In this document: piece by piece, positions 13,332 to 31,347 of the stretch | How the letters are laid out: every line of letters begins with the position of its first letter | Position numbering within the stretch: the first letter of the stretch is position 1 | Source: Macrostomum hystrix | Lineage: Eukaryota > Animalia > Platyhelminthes | Assembly: GCA_950097015.1 (NCBI GenBank) | Contig: CATNEN010000007.1 | Location: 12,338,001 to 12,402,000, forward strand | DNA length: 64,000 nt | Direction: 5' to 3' | Translations under genes and position numbers: made by a program | Notes under the pieces: generated by a model | Seen by the model: the letters and a program-made list of their open reading frames with translations, nothing else | Databases searched by the model: none | What the model was told of the DNA's origin: nothing

Positions 13332-13914
13332 TATCACAAATGTGGACTCAGAGAAGCAGATTCTGCAAGCTCAAAAGCTTGAGCTAACCCGCCCAGGAGA
13401 CGCAATCCAGAAAAGTGCTCAGTCGGCCATTGCATCGGCTCGTAAACAAATCCCGACAGGGATTTTAATCCCTCTTTAGTTCAGAGCTGTGCATTGCTCA
13501 CGGATTCTACAATTCAGGCCTCAAGGTGGGCGTGGGTGGGTGGTGTCCCAGCCTCCGCTCACCATGCAATAATTAATGCCACCTCGGCCCAGGTGCGTTA
13601 GTGCCGGTGTGAAGTGGGCACGCAGGACTGCGCGGAATTCAAACACGTCAGCTGGATCCGCAGCTGCCTTCTTCTAGGAGTGAAATTTCGCTGATTGTTT
13701 TCGCTTTTCTCGCAAATCGGCTCGCCCGTCTACCGGGAAAAAGTGCTCAGGCCGCGTTTGAGCAGCAGGCAAAATGGTTAAAGACGATTAGGAGAGATTC
13801 TGGGCCAGCTCTAGCAGCCCGCTTTGCTGACTGCAGCTCCCAGAAGCCACATGTCATCGTAGAATGCAGCTGTATCAGTTTTTCCGTTGTCACTTTGCCT
13901 GCAAAGTTGAATCA

Positions 13915-15065
13915 CAGCTGACAGTTTTAGGCGACAACTGACTGCATTCAGACAGTTTTAGGTGACAGCTGACTGCATTCAGACAGTTTTAGGTGACAGC
14001 TGACTGCATTCAGTTTTAGGTGACAGCTGACTGCATTCAGACAGTTTTAGGTGACAGCTGACTGCATTAAGACAGTTTTAGGTGACAGCTGACTGCATTC
14101 AGACAGTTTTAGGTGACAGCTGACTGCATTCAGTTTTAGGTGACAGCTGACTCCATTCAGACAGTTTTAGGTGACAGCTGATTGCATTCAGACAGTTTTA
14201 GGTGACAACTGACTGCATTCAGACAGTTTTAGATGACAGCTGACTCCATTCAGACAGTTTTAGGTGACAGCTGACTGCATTCAGACAGTTTTAGGTGACA
14301 GCTGATTGCATTCAGACAGTTTTAGGTGACAACTGACTGCATTCAGACAGTTTTAGATGACAGCTGACTCCATTCAGATAGTTTTAGGTGACAGCTGACT
14401 GCATTAAGACAGTTTTAGGTGACAGCTGACTGCATTCAGACAGTTTTAGGTGACAGCTGACTGCATTCAGTTTTAGGTGACAGCTGACTGCATTCAGACA
14501 GTTTTAGGTGACAGCTGACTGCATTCAGTTTTAGGTGACAGCTGACTGCATTCAGACAGTTTTAGGTGACAGCTGACTGCATTCAGTTTTAGGTGACAGC
14601 TGACTCCATTCAGACAGTTTTAGGTGACAGCTGACTCCATTCAGACAGTTTTAGGTGACAGCTGACTGCATTCAGACAGTTTTAGGTGACAGCTGACTGC
14701 ATTCAGACAGTTTTAGGTGACAGCTGACTCCATTCAGACAGTTTTAGGTGACAGCTGACTGCATTCAGACAGTTTTAGGTGACAGCTGACTGCATTCAGA
14801 CAGTTTTAGGTGACAGCTGACTCCATTCAGTTTTAGGTGACAGCTGACTCCATTCAGACAGTTTTAGGTGACAGCTGACTCCATTCAGACAGTTTTAGGT
14901 GACAGCTGACTGCATTCAGACAGTTTTAGGTGACAGCTGACTCCATTCAGACAGTTTTAGGTGACAGCTGACTCCATTCAGACAGTTTTAGGTGACAGCT
15001 GACTGCATTCAGACAGTTTTAGGTGACAGCTGACTGCATTCAGACAGTTTTAGGTGACAGCTGAC
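13915..15065. repeat. 31-bp minisatellite with 27-bp variants (gacagttttaggtgacagctgactgcattca)
   Basis: About 38 copies; period 31 checked (13921 to 13952). Confidence 0.97.
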
Positions 15066-15595
15066 GCCTCAGACGTATTAAAGAAAAAAAATTGTTTCTA
15101 AGAATCCAGGTGTCTGTAAATCATTCGGACATATTTAGGCAGGTGTGGTAGTTTCTGTCTGCTAAATTCTTCATTGTCGCAGTTTGCAAAACGATTAGCG
15201 ATCTTGGCGATTCCCTGGCCGATAATTAGAAAAGGCCGAACGGCAGCCCGCGGTAGCCAAGCGGAAATTCAGGCAGAGAAGTGCAGCCTGTTTGTTTTGG
15301 TTCTGGCTCTCTGACTACCGGCGCCGCCCGGCCCAGCAGCCGAAGTCACACTGGCGCGGGCCAGGTTTATCAGCACTGACACGGCGGAACTTGCCAAAGT
15401 GTGCACTGCACCCTGCACTGTCTGCCCGGCTGCCGAAAATAACTCCGCAGCAACTTTTAGATCTTTGCCGCCATTGTGCGAGCCGCTGTTTTTTGGCTCG
15501 GTTTACCAGGGTCGGCATGCCAGCTCGATGGCTCCGCGATGACTCACTCACTGTGGTCCGCCATCAGTTGCACTGACAACACTGCCTGTTTACTA

Positions 15596-15721
15596 CATTT
15601 ATTTCATTTCCATTTCATTTCCATTTCATTTCCATTTCATTTCCATTTCATTTCCATTTCATTTCCATTTCATTTCCATTTCATTTCCATTTCATTTCCA
15701 TTTCATTTCCATTTCATTTCC
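15596..15721. repeat. (CATTT/CATTTC)n simple repeat
   Basis: 11-bp atttcatttcc units. Confidence 0.9.
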
Positions 15722-16347
15722 CTGATTGCCTGATTCCTTGATTCATGTGGCGTCTGTCTCATTGCCTTGTTGCCATGGTTACGGAACAATGATGAAGAAA
15801 CTGCCTGAGGATCGGCAGCAGCAGCAGCGGCAGCAGCGGCAGCAGCGGCAAGTTAAAACAGGCAGCAACAGTGAATTAAAATAACCGATTAGTTGGCCCT
15901 ATAAACTAGCGGTGGCTTTGCCAACAGGCCGCAGGTCCATTTGCTATTCATAGCGCTGCCAGAATCGGCCTGTGCCTGGAGAGGCCCTAAATGTGGCCTA
16001 GCGGCTCACGGAACTCGAATAAGCGGCAAAATTGTTCTTTAATTGCAGATCAAGGCAGTGCAGCATCCTGAACTTGGGCCTCCACTTATGCACATTTATT
16101 TTCGGTTGCTGTCGGCTCTATTAATGATTTATCTAGACAGGTAAAGGTGTGATATAATGCCTAGGCTGCTGCTGCTGCTGCTGCTTCTTCTGCTGCGCGC
16201 CATTCAGCCTAAAACACCTTCGCGGAGGCAACTAAGGATCTAAACTGTACAGATAGGAAGGTGAGCAATGTCAACAGCTGCTCAAAGCTTTGAGTCCGAG
16301 TCTATGAGTTGTTTTGGCAAATTAAACTATGTTTTTAGCGTGTTTAG

Positions 16348-18193
16348 CAGTACAGAAGGCAGTACAGAAGGCAGTACAGAAGGCAGTACAGAAGACAGTG
16401 CGGAAGACAGTACATAAGGCAGTACAGAAAACATTACAGAAGGCAGTACAGAAAACATTACAGAAGACAGTACAGAAGACATTACAGAAGACAGTACAGA
16501 AGACAGTACAGAAGACAGTACAGAAGACAGTACAGAAGACAGTACTGAAGGCAGTACAGAAGGCAGTACAGAAGACAGAACAGAAGGCAGTACAGAAGGC
16601 AGTACAGAAGGCAGTACAGAAGGCAGTGCGGAAGACAGTACAGAAGGCAGAACAGAAGGCAGTACAGAAGGCAGTACAGAAGGCAGTACAGAAGACAGTG
16701 CGGAAGACAGTACATAAGGCAGTACAGAAAACATTACAGAAGGCAGTACAGAAAACATTACAGAAGACAGTACAGAAGACATTACAGAAGACAGTACAGA
16801 AGACAGTACAGAAGACAGTACAGAAGACAGTACAGAAGGCAGTACAGAAGGCAGTACAGAAGGCAGTACAGAAAACATTACAGAAGACAGTACAGAAGGC
16901 AGTACAGAAGGCAGTACAGAAGGCAGTACAGAAGACAGTGCGGAAGACAGTACATAAGGCAGTACAGAAAACATTACAGAAGGCAGTACAGAAAACATTA
17001 CAGAAGACAGTACAGAAGACATTACAGAAGACAGTACAGAAGACAGTACAGAAGACAGTACAGAAGACAGTACAGAAGACAGTACTGAAGGCAGTACAGA
17101 AGGCAGTACAGAAGACAGAACAGAAGGCAGTACAGAAGGCAGTACAGAAGGCAGTACAGAAGGCAGTGCGGAAGACAGTACAGAAGGCAGAACAGAAGGC
17201 AGTACAGAAGGCAGTACAGAAGGCAGTACAGAAGACAGTGCGGAAGACAGTACATAAGGCAGTACAGAAAACATTACAGAAGGCAGTACAGAAAACATTA
17301 CAGAAGACAGTACAGAAGACATTACAGAAGACAGTACAGAAGACAGTACAGAAGACAGTACAGAAGACAGTACAGAAGGCAGTACAGAAGGCAGTACAGA
17401 AGGCAGTACAGAAAACATTACAGAAGACAGTACAGAAGGCAGTACAGAAGGCAGTACAGAAGGCAGTACAGAAGACAGTACAGAAGACAGTACAGAAGGC
17501 AGTACAGAAGGCAGTACAGAAGGCAGTACAGAAGACAGTACAGAAGGCAGTACAGAAGACAGTACATAAGGCAGTACCGAAGACAGTACAGAAGGCAGTA
17601 CAGAAGGCAGTACAGAAGGCAGTACAGAAGGCAGTACAGAAAACATTACAGAAGACAGTACAGAAGACAGTACAGAAGACAGTACAGAAGACAGTACAGA
17701 AGGCAGTACAGAAGGCAGTACAGAAGGCAGTACAGAAAACATTACAGAAGACAGTACAGAAGACAGTACAGAAGACAGTACAGAAGACAATACAGAAGGC
17801 AGTACAGAAGGCAGTACAGAAGGCAGTACAGAAAACATTACAGAAGACAGTACAGAAGGCAGTACAGAAGGCAGTACTGAAGACAGTACAGAAAACATTA
17901 CAGAAGACAGTACAGAAGACAGTACAGAAGACAGTACAGAAGACAATACAGAAGGCAGTACAGAAGGCAGTACAGAAGGCAGTACAGAAAACATTACAGA
18001 AGACAGTACAGAAGGCAGTACAGAAGGCAGTACTGAAGACAGTACAGAAGACAGTACAGAAGACAGTACAGAAGGCAGTACAGAAGGCAGTATAGAAGAC
18101 AGAACAGAAGGCAGTACAGAAGACAGTACATAAGGCAGTACAGAAGACAGTACAGAAGACAGTACAGAAGGCAGTACAGAAGACAGTACAGAA
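16348..18193. repeat. 12-bp minisatellite (cagtacagaagR) with a 540-bp higher-order duplication
   Basis: About 150 units; 16381-16920 is repeated identically at 16921-17460. Confidence 0.97.
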
Positions 18194-21061
18194 ACTGCTA
18201 AAATATCTTCGAATAATGCACTCGAAGTGTTTCGATGGACAGCTAGTTTCTATCCAGTGATGTTGAAGCAAACGGAATTTCCAAACAGAAAATGAGTTGC
18301 TAACCGAGTCGTGATTTGGATTTCTCATTCACGGCTGGTCCCAGTGGAATCAGCCTCACTCCATTTACCTTTCGAGTCCCGAAATCTCAGTTGCACTTTA
18401 TCGCAATATCCCCTTCTTCCCCCGACCCACCGGTCCAAATCCCATCTGGTCATACCGTTGGCAGTCGCACAGCAAGTTTAGAACCTGTCAAACCCTGTCA
18501 AAAAACTGTCACGTGCATTGTTTTTGGAAAAGCAGAGAAAGCTATACTATTTTCAAAATAAATGTCCCAAAATTCCAGGATCCGCCCTTTATCCCCAAAT
18601 CACGTGACCCGCAGTTGAACAGAGAGCGCGTAGGCGGAGCCGATGGGATTTCTGCTCCTAGGAGCCCAGGGCCCCTCTGTGTGGTCCCTCCCACCTGGAC
18701 TTAGGCTCCATGGAATGGAATGCTCTTCAAACTGCAGTCCTTGCCGTGGGACCCAAGCCCAAGACCCATGGGTGTCTCATATGCTACTGAGTCAGCCGCC
18801 CCCGCACGTACACAGCGGCTCCTCAGTCTCATGGGGTGGAGCTGCTGGTCCCGCGAATCTAATTTTAGTCACAGGGGCACAGACGCATGCGCCAAGTTGA
18901 ATAACAAACCGTCAGCCCGCCACCCTAGCGGAGGGGGGGTGGCGCATCTTCAGTGCTTCTTGTCCATTTCCAGTGCAAACGCAACAAACTCCAGCTGGGG
19001 GTCTTTGGTTGGCTGGCCTGCTAGGAAAATGAACTGTTTTTTGGCCGACACCCGGCTCGCCCCACCCCGGCCCGAGTGCGAAGTGTTGGGCGCCCACCCC
19101 CAACTATTCTGTTTTGCGGTTAAAGAACTGGCCGAATTAAGACAGCGGCGTCTCCCCAGCTGCTGCAGCCAGAGCCCAGACACAAAACTGCTGCTTTTTG
19201 GGGGCCTGAGCTCCTCAGTCTTCAAGCCTGCTGCATTAGGAAAAAAATCCAACAACTTGTCGCTGTAGAGAACGGTGAGTTCGTCTTTCTTACCATTGCT
19301 AGGCAGGGCAGTCGCCACCCCAAGGCCGGCTGCTCAAACTCAGAAATAGCCAAATTAGGCCCCATGCCGCTTTTAGACTTGCCGGCCTATTTTTAAAATG
19401 GCCTATCAATAGGCTATCAATAAGCCAAGCTGTCAATCAATCCCCAATGTCCTGAGGGCTGCAGGTGCCGGCCTCCCATAGCTCCGGTGACTGCGGAGGA
19501 AGCCAGGAAGGACATTGTGCTAAATGCGGACTCTAGGCGTCTCCCCGGGTGGTCAGTCTCTGCCCTGCTGTGTGGATGCACTTTAATTTCTTTTCTTAGC
19601 TTCGGTGTCATATTTGGAGAGTTTCGAATCAGTCGCTGGGATTCCACAGCTTCCGAATGCCATCGTAGGATCCGTGGACAGGTTAGTTCTTGCGCAATTT
19701 TGCCTCAGCGCAGTGGCTAAATTCCTCGTCCATTTAGTCTATAAATAAGCGTAGACGATTGCGCTTCGAGTTCGAGGGAGAATCCCGAGCAGCCGGTCCT
19801 GTCAAATTAATCCCAGCCAGTCAGCTTCCCACTAGAACAGGGAGACCGGGAGGGGGAGGGAGGCGGCACTTGATGTCATTAATCTCGCATCTGCAGCATC
19901 AGTAGCTTCCTGCGAAAATGACTGCGCAGAAGCTTCAAAGGCAGCCGGCCGCGCTCAGATGCGGGCGGATTGTTCGCGGACTCTGGCTGCAGCGGGCCGA
20001 GGACAATGGGCTCCCAGATTTTGGGGAATCCAGCCGTGCCTAGGAGCAGGTGAAACAAACAGTTTCGCTCTGTTGATTCTGGCCTAGCAACTCAGTCATT
20101 GTTCGTCCCTAGCAACCGTGCTCGGAGGGATTCCTGAACAATGGGGATCAGAGTCTCCTGCAAGCGCACGCGAAACTGGGAGCCGGCTGGCTGCTGCGAC
20201 TTTGTTTGGGGAGTTTTGGGAGCTGAAGCAGTTTTGTCCCAAAGCATCCAAGCGAACACTTCGAGCTGGCGGCTTCTCTTGCAACCAGGAGATGGGGAAA
20301 TTGGGGATTCGAGAGGCCGGGAACAATGCGAGAGGCTGAGGAAGAGAGAGTAACGGAGAATGGGAGAGAAACTGGATTATACTCGTAGAGTGACAGGGAG
20401 AGTGACAGAGAAAGGAATGAGCGAAGGTAATGACCAGAGTGACGAGAGCTACAGGGAGAGAGTGACAGAGTGAGGAAGATAGTAGAGGATGCGGAGGCAG
20501 GTGAGATTGGAAGGCCCGTGGAGACAATGGTCAGTGAGGCTGTCAGAGCAGGGCAATGGCCCGGTCACGGGCTGGCGGCATGCAAATTGCACCTTCCACC
20601 GAAAGACGCTGAAAAACAGGCAAAGTTTTCCGCAAATTGCCTGCCCTGGTTGCCATTTAGCGGCAGGAAGTGGAAACAGTCGGGCACTCCGCTTTCCTGC
20701 TCGAGTGCCGCAGCCAGGGCTAATTTGGCCTCGGTGCATTGGCTGCGGCCGAGCTGCCGTCCCGCTCACCGCACGACCTTCCCGCTTGGCTGCGCCGGGG
20801 GCTCCTTGGCCGGGCCGTGGAAGCGGCGGTCCGCAACGGCTGACGTGACACCTGCCAAATTATCGCTTAGTTGACAGGCTGCACTGCCTGACTTTCTCAT
20901 CTGAATTCTCAACTGGGCTCTGCGTTTTGCTCAAATTGAATTTTTCCTGCCCACCCAGTTTAAGCCTGCATTGTCCAGTTCTCGTTAGCGCAATCTGCCT
21001 GTGGTCTGGCCCTGGATGCGGCCTGTACTTTGGATACTGAGTCTGTGCAGAACATGTCTTT

Positions 21062-21730
21062 GCTATCCTGTCCTGTCTGTGCCATCCTGTCCTGTCTGTG
21101 CCATCCTGTCCTGTCTGTGCTATCCTGTCCTGTCTGTGCCATCCTGTCCTGTCTGTGCTATCCTGTCCTGTCTGTGCTATCCTGTCCTGTATGTGCTATC
21201 CTGTCCTGTCTGTGCCATCCTGTCCTGTCTGTGCCATCCTGTCCTGTCTGTGCCATCCTGTCCTGTCTGTGCCATCCTGTCCTGGCTGTGCCATCCTGTC
21301 CTGTCTGTGCCATCCTGTCCTGGCTGTGCCATCCTGTCCTGTCTGTGCCATCCTGTCCTGTCTGTGCCATCCTGTCTGTGCCATCCTGTCCTGTCTGTGC
21401 CATCCTGTCTGTGCCATCCTGTCCTGTCTGTGCCATCCTGTCCTGTCTGTGCCATCCTGTCCTGTCTGTGCCATCCTGTTCTGTCTGTGCCATCCTGTCC
21501 TGTCTGTGCCATCCTGTCCTGTCTGTGCCATCCTGTCCTGTCTGTGCCATCCTGTCCTGTCTGTGCCATCCTGTCCTGTCTGTGCCATCCTGTCTGTGCC
21601 ATCCTGTCCTGTCTGTGCCATCCTGTTCTGTCTGCTCGTTCCTGTTCTGTCTGCTCATTCCTGTTCTGTCTGCTCGTTCCTGTTCTGTCTGCTCATTCCT
21701 GTTCTGCCTGCTCATTCCTGTTCTGTCTGT
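21062..21730. repeat. 19-bp minisatellite (tgtgccatcctgtcctgtc), drifting to tgctcattcctgttctgtc at the 3' end
   Basis: About 35 copies with 14-bp variants. Confidence 0.95.
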
Positions 21731-22746
21731 GTGCCCCGTTGCTCACCCAGTCGCTGAGAGCATCATTTCCAGTCTGAGTCGGGATCATTCAGTCCGTGTG
21801 CATGCCCATTGTGAAGCCGCCTCCTTTCTGTTGCGTCCCTTAATTGCTCTCCGCTTGTCAGCTCTAGTATTTTCCCTTGAACTCAGATCAGACTAAGGTC
21901 TGCCTAGCATTGACCTGCTACCTCGCTCTCCGCTTGTCACAAACTGAGTCTAAGTTTGTTTGAGAAGTTACATAAGCGTTGCCGATACAGAGTGAGTGAG
22001 AGAGAATGCTGAGTCCTGAGCTGTCATCATCAGCTGAAACATGCAGTGGGACCCGCACACCTGTAGTCAGAGCAGACAATGCGACACCTCAGTGTGGGGA
22101 ATTCTCCCATGTTTTCCCACCCTTCCCGCCGATTCAGACACGCCGGGAAGTCATTGTCCCCCGGGACTCGCCGCTTAAGAATCCACCGGCTGGCTCGTGC
22201 ACTTTTTGCCCGTCCTCCTGCACTTCCCCTGGAGACGGGAGCGGAGACTCGGATACGCTTTCTCCCTGCCTGCCCGCCGCCGGCCCTAGCTTCCCCTTGT
22301 CCAAAAATGGCAACCCGGCTACCCGCTGGCGCCCTCCCCGCCTCCCCAACTTGAGTCTCCGGCCGGCTCGGGTAGGCGCACGGAGACGACGTACGGGAAG
22401 AAAATCCCTTCAGGCCGGACCCCGGGAGTAAAGGGGGCGCAGCAGCCGGGGGATCCGCTTATTGATCGCAGGCGGGGACGCGGCTATTTTTAGCTGCAGT
22501 GGGATCAGTGCGTGGGCAGCGCTTTGCCCTCTGCCCGCTTCTGCTCGTGTTTGAAGAAGCAGCTAAGAAAAGGGATATTGATGGGCCGGGGGGGGAGGAG
22601 AGGGCAGCAGACGGAAGGCTCGGTGTGCCGGTTGCTAGGCAACGCTGGCCTGCAGAGCCAATGACGGCCCGGGAAGGGAAAATCCGCTCTGGCGGCCACC
22701 CCCCGCAGAGGAGGACAAAAATAGCTTTGGGGCGCCTCCCCAGCCA

Positions 22747-22911
22747 TATAAATGCGGCAGCCCTGCGCCCTGAGCCGCCTCCTCCCCGGCACCGAACAGC
22801 AGAAGAAAGAGTTCCTGGAAAAAAACAGCTAGAAATAAGAGGCCAGCTTTCTCCGACTCACTCGAGTTGAACCTGCTCGAAGCATCCGAGACCCGCTGCC
22901 AAGCAAGCACT
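22747..22911 (+). promoter_or_regulatory. Candidate Runx TATA box and non-coding first exon
   Basis: TATAAA at 22747; strong donor t|GTAAGT at 22912; acceptors at 23565 and 23622 upstream of the ATG at 23632. Confidence 0.4.
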
Positions 22912-23631
22912 GTAAGTTCCTTTTGTAGCTTATCTGAGACCATCTAATTGTAGAGGCACTTGAGACAGGGCTGCCCAATAAAGACCTTATCTGCCCGTCT
23001 TTGTTCTCGCTTCCCATAGAAAATAGAAGAAAAACTCCAGTGGCTTTACCTGGCCAAGCAGGCCAGCAGCGCCAGTTTTGATTACGAGCAAAGGTGCACG
23101 CAGGGGGGCATTGTAAAACTAAACAGATTGCACGCCTGTAGTACAACTGGTGCAGTTTTATTGGGCCCGGGCCGAATCCGCTTTGATCATTCGCACAGTT
23201 GGCTCTTTCATTTTGCCGCGCGGCCAGTCTTTGATCATTCCCCAGTTGTTTCAAGTGAGCGGGAACCCGATGACCCGGTCCCTCCGGTCAGCGACAAGGC
23301 CGCATCCCCTTCATCTATGCTGGTCCCCCTCCTCCACGCGTGTTTGCCGCTGCCCCCGCGGTGGCCGCACTTTAAAATGGCATATATGGCTGAGCAGTGG
23401 GCGGTGCCAGCGTGGGATCTGGCTGATCCCGCATCCCAACCTGCAGCAGCGGGAGAACAATGAGCTTGCTTGCCCTGGGACATTTAACTTTCTGGCTGTG
23501 GATGAGGGGCTTGTGTTCTGCGCTTTCTGCAGTCACCTCCGCCCCCTCGCCAACATTGTTTGCAGGCCAGCCAGCCACCGCCGCCGCCGCCGTTCCACTC
23601 CGCTGGCCATAGACTAAACCAGCTCAACACA

Positions 23632-27802
<4,171 letters not shown>

Positions 27803-28612
27803 GCGGCTCAGCTGGCAGCCACTCAGACTCTGCGGACAATGTCCTAGGCTTGGTTCTCACTTGTCGCTCCGTAAATTTCATCCTTTCGACTTCCCCATCT
27901 GTTCCGTCTGTCCATCTGTCTGTCTACTGGTCACTGTCCAGTTGTTCGTGACAATTGTTGTGTGCAAAAGAAAATAATTTTGCTATTTTATAGACCCTGC
28001 GCCCCCCACCCGATCGTTCAACGCTGCCTACTTTATAGAGGCTTCTAGAAAAGCGAGCGCAGCCCTTCTGCATCTCAGCCTACCGTCATTTCCTGTGCAT
28101 TTACTCGGCCTCCGATGCGTCCCTGCTTCGCTCTCGTTCAATTAAAAAATGAAAACTTTCCGACAAAAACTGTTTCTTTCGTACTACTCACTCCACGGAC
28201 ACACTACTTGCCGCGAGTAGCCAGCTACGCGTGCGTGCGCGCGAGCGTGCCAGACTTTGCTAACCAGCTTATACATTCGCAATCCTTTGCATACAAGTAA
28301 ATCCATTGTCTATATGTTAATTTATTTATTTACGATTGTCCAGTGAACTCCGCCTGCGATTGCAATAATAGCGGCTTGTCTGTGTTGTCCGCGCCGACTC
28401 CCCCGCACTGCCAGCCCCGCAATGTTCGACGGTGCAGAAATAGAGCACAAGTTTGAGAACTACTCATACTGCATCGCTAACTGTCACCGCGAGCACCAGC
28501 AGATCCTGCTGTCACACTGACTTGCTTTGCTCTATTATACACAAAATACTGCTCTTCATACACTAACGACTGTCCGTCTGTCTGTTCAGGGTGGCTGTCT
28601 GTCCATCTGTCT

Positions 28613-29397
28613 GTCTGTCCGTCTGTCTGTCTGTCTGGGTGTCTGTCTGTCTGTGCTGGGTGTCTGTCTGTCTGTGCTGGGTGTCTGTCTGTGCTGGGTG
28701 TCTGTCTGTGCTGGGTGTCTGTCTGTGCTGGGTGTCTGTCTGTCTGTGCTGGGTGTCTGTCTGTGCTGGGTGTCTGTCTGTCTGTGCTGGGTGTCTGTCT
28801 GTCTGTGCTGGGTGTCTGTCTGTGCTGGGTGTCTGTCTGTGCTGGGTGTCTGTCTGTGCTGGGTGTCTGTCTGTCTGTGCTGGGTGTCTGTCTGTGCTGG
28901 GTGTCTGTCTGTCTGTGCTGGGTGTCTGTCTGTGCTGGGTGTCTGTCTGTCTGTGCTGGGTGTCTGTCTGTGCTGGGTGTCTGACTGTCTGTGCTGGGTG
29001 CTGTCTGTGCTGGGTGTCTGTCTGTGCTGGGTGTCTGTCTGTCTGTGCTGGGTGTCTGTCTGTGCTGGGTGTCTGTCTGTCTGTGCTGGGTGTCTGACTG
29101 TCTGTGCTGGGTGCTGTCTGTCTGTGCTGGGTGTCTGTCTGTCTGTGCTAGGTGTCTGTCTGTGCTAGGTGTCTGTCTGTGCTGGGTGTCTGTCTGTCTG
29201 TGCTGGGTGTCTGTCTGTCTGTGCTGGGTGTCTGTCTGTCTGTGCTGGGTGTCTGTCTGTCTGTGCTGGGTGTCTGTCTGTGCTGGGTGTCTGTCTGTGC
29301 TGGGTGTCTGTCTGTCTGTGCTGGGTGTCTGTCTGTCTGTGCTGGGTGTCTGTCTGTCTGTGCTGGGTGTCTGTCTGTCTGTGCTGGGTGTCTGTCT
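28613..29397. repeat. Minisatellite gtgctgggtgtctgtct(gtct) with 4-bp length variants
   Basis: Direct inspection; downstream of Runx. Confidence 0.95.
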
Positions 29398-30129
29398 GGA
29401 TTCTGTCTGGCTGGGTGTGTTGTTATATTTCTAGAATTTTTATTAAGTTTTTGGCTTTCAACAATTTTTTGACCTCTTGCTGTACAATTCATGCCTTCCA
29501 TCAGCGACTTTGAGTGAAAGTGACGAGCACTAGCATGAGTTCAGTCCCAAGGCAACAATAGGATCGTAGAAACACAATTTTGGCCTGCGCGCAAAGTACA
29601 GCTGGTGAAGCGGTGTCACCCGACACTCAGTGGGCCACCGGCCAGCCATAGCTTGTGCACCGGCCATCCGATACCCCAGGTGGGCTTCATTTGCCCAGTT
29701 GGCAGTGCGGCCTCTGTTTATCTGAGGCCAATGATGCGTGCCTTCAGAGCCGCTGCGCCGCTGAAGCTGCTGACTCCGGCGCTTGCGAGCGGGCCCTCGC
29801 GACAAGTGGAAGCCGAGTGGCCAGTAACTGGTCGAGTGGCTGCAAGTCAAGCGGCTTCTCGAACAGATCACAGATGAGGGCCTTAGAGTTTGCGCAAGAA
29901 GCTGATGCGAAAATGGCTGAAATTTGTCCTTTTGCCATTGTCAGCGGAGTCGGGGCAACAGAATAAAAATTTGCTCTCGATAACTACACTTTCAGCATCC
30001 ATTTCGACTCTAGCAGCACTGTTAAAGGATCTATTGAGACTAGTCACATTAAGACTTAGGAGGCCAGATATTATTAGAACCTTGCTGTCTACAGTCATTG
30101 TGTATGCAACAATACACACCGCTAAAGTC

Positions 30130-31093
30130 ACAGCAATACACACTGTTGAAGACACAGCAATACACACTGTTGAAGACAGACACAGCAATACACACTGTTG
30201 AAGACACAGCAATACACACTGTTGAAGACACAGCAATACACACTGTTGAAGACACAGCAATACACACTGTTGAAGACACAGCAACACACACTGTTGAAGA
30301 CACAGCAATACACACTGTTGAAGACACAGCAATACACACTGTTGAAGACAGCAATACACACTGTTGAAGACACAGCAATACACACTGTTGAAGACAGCAA
30401 TACACACTGTTGAAGACAGACACAGCAATACACACTGTTGAAGACACAGCAATACACACTGTTGAAGACAGCAATACACACTGTTGAAGACACAGCAATA
30501 CACACTGTTGAAGACAGCAATACACACTGTTGAAGACACAGCAATACACACTGTTGAAGACACAGCAATACACACTGTTGAAGACACAGCAATACACACT
30601 GTTGAAGACACAGCAATATACACTGTTGAAGACAGACACAGCAATACACACTGTTGAAGACAGACACAGCAATACACACTGTTGAAGACAGACACAGCAA
30701 TACACACTGTTGAAGACAGACACAGCAACACACACTGTTGAAGACACAGCAATACACACTGTTGAAGACACAGCAATACACACTGTTGAAGACACAGCAA
30801 CACACACTGTTGAAGACACAGCAATACACACTGTTGAAGACACAGCAATACACACTGTTGAAGACAGCAATACACACTGTTGAAGACACAGCAACACACA
30901 CTGTTGAAGACACAGCAATACACACTGTTGAAGACACAGCAATACACACTGTTGAAGACACAGCAATACACACTGTTGAAGACACAGCAACACACACTGT
31001 TGAAGACACAGCAATACACACTGTTGAAGACACAGCAATACACACTGTTGGAGACACAACAATACACACTGTTGAAGACACAGCAATACACAC
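30130..31093. repeat. 24-bp minisatellite (cacagcaatacacactgttgaaga) with 22- and 28-bp variants
   Basis: About 40 copies. Confidence 0.96.
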
Positions 31094-31347
31094 GGTAGAG
31101 GCAGAACAAATTCAAAAAAATCTAAATGCAAGTCGCAGCTTTGTGTTACTAAGCTTGAAGCTTTTATGAAAATTGTCGCACAAATTCGTTGACATGGATC
31201 ACCGACCTTTCAAATCCCAGCTCGGAGCAGTGTACTTTCGGCTAATAAAGGCTGTTGCGAGATCCAAAAAGTCTAGAAAATAAATAGAACCTAGTGACAG
31301 GCCTAATTCTCAGTGCTTTTCGAGTAACTGACAGTAACAAAATATAA

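Noticed and set aside
16322-18328. Long ORFs (668, 555, 588 aa) over the 12-bp array
   Set aside because: Several frames on both strands are open simply because the unit lacks stops; no protein-like content.
28527-31169. Cys-rich ORFs resembling metallothionein or keratin-associated proteins
   Set aside because: They arise from minisatellites with frameshifting length variants; the same holds for 21001-21896 and 59398-60487.
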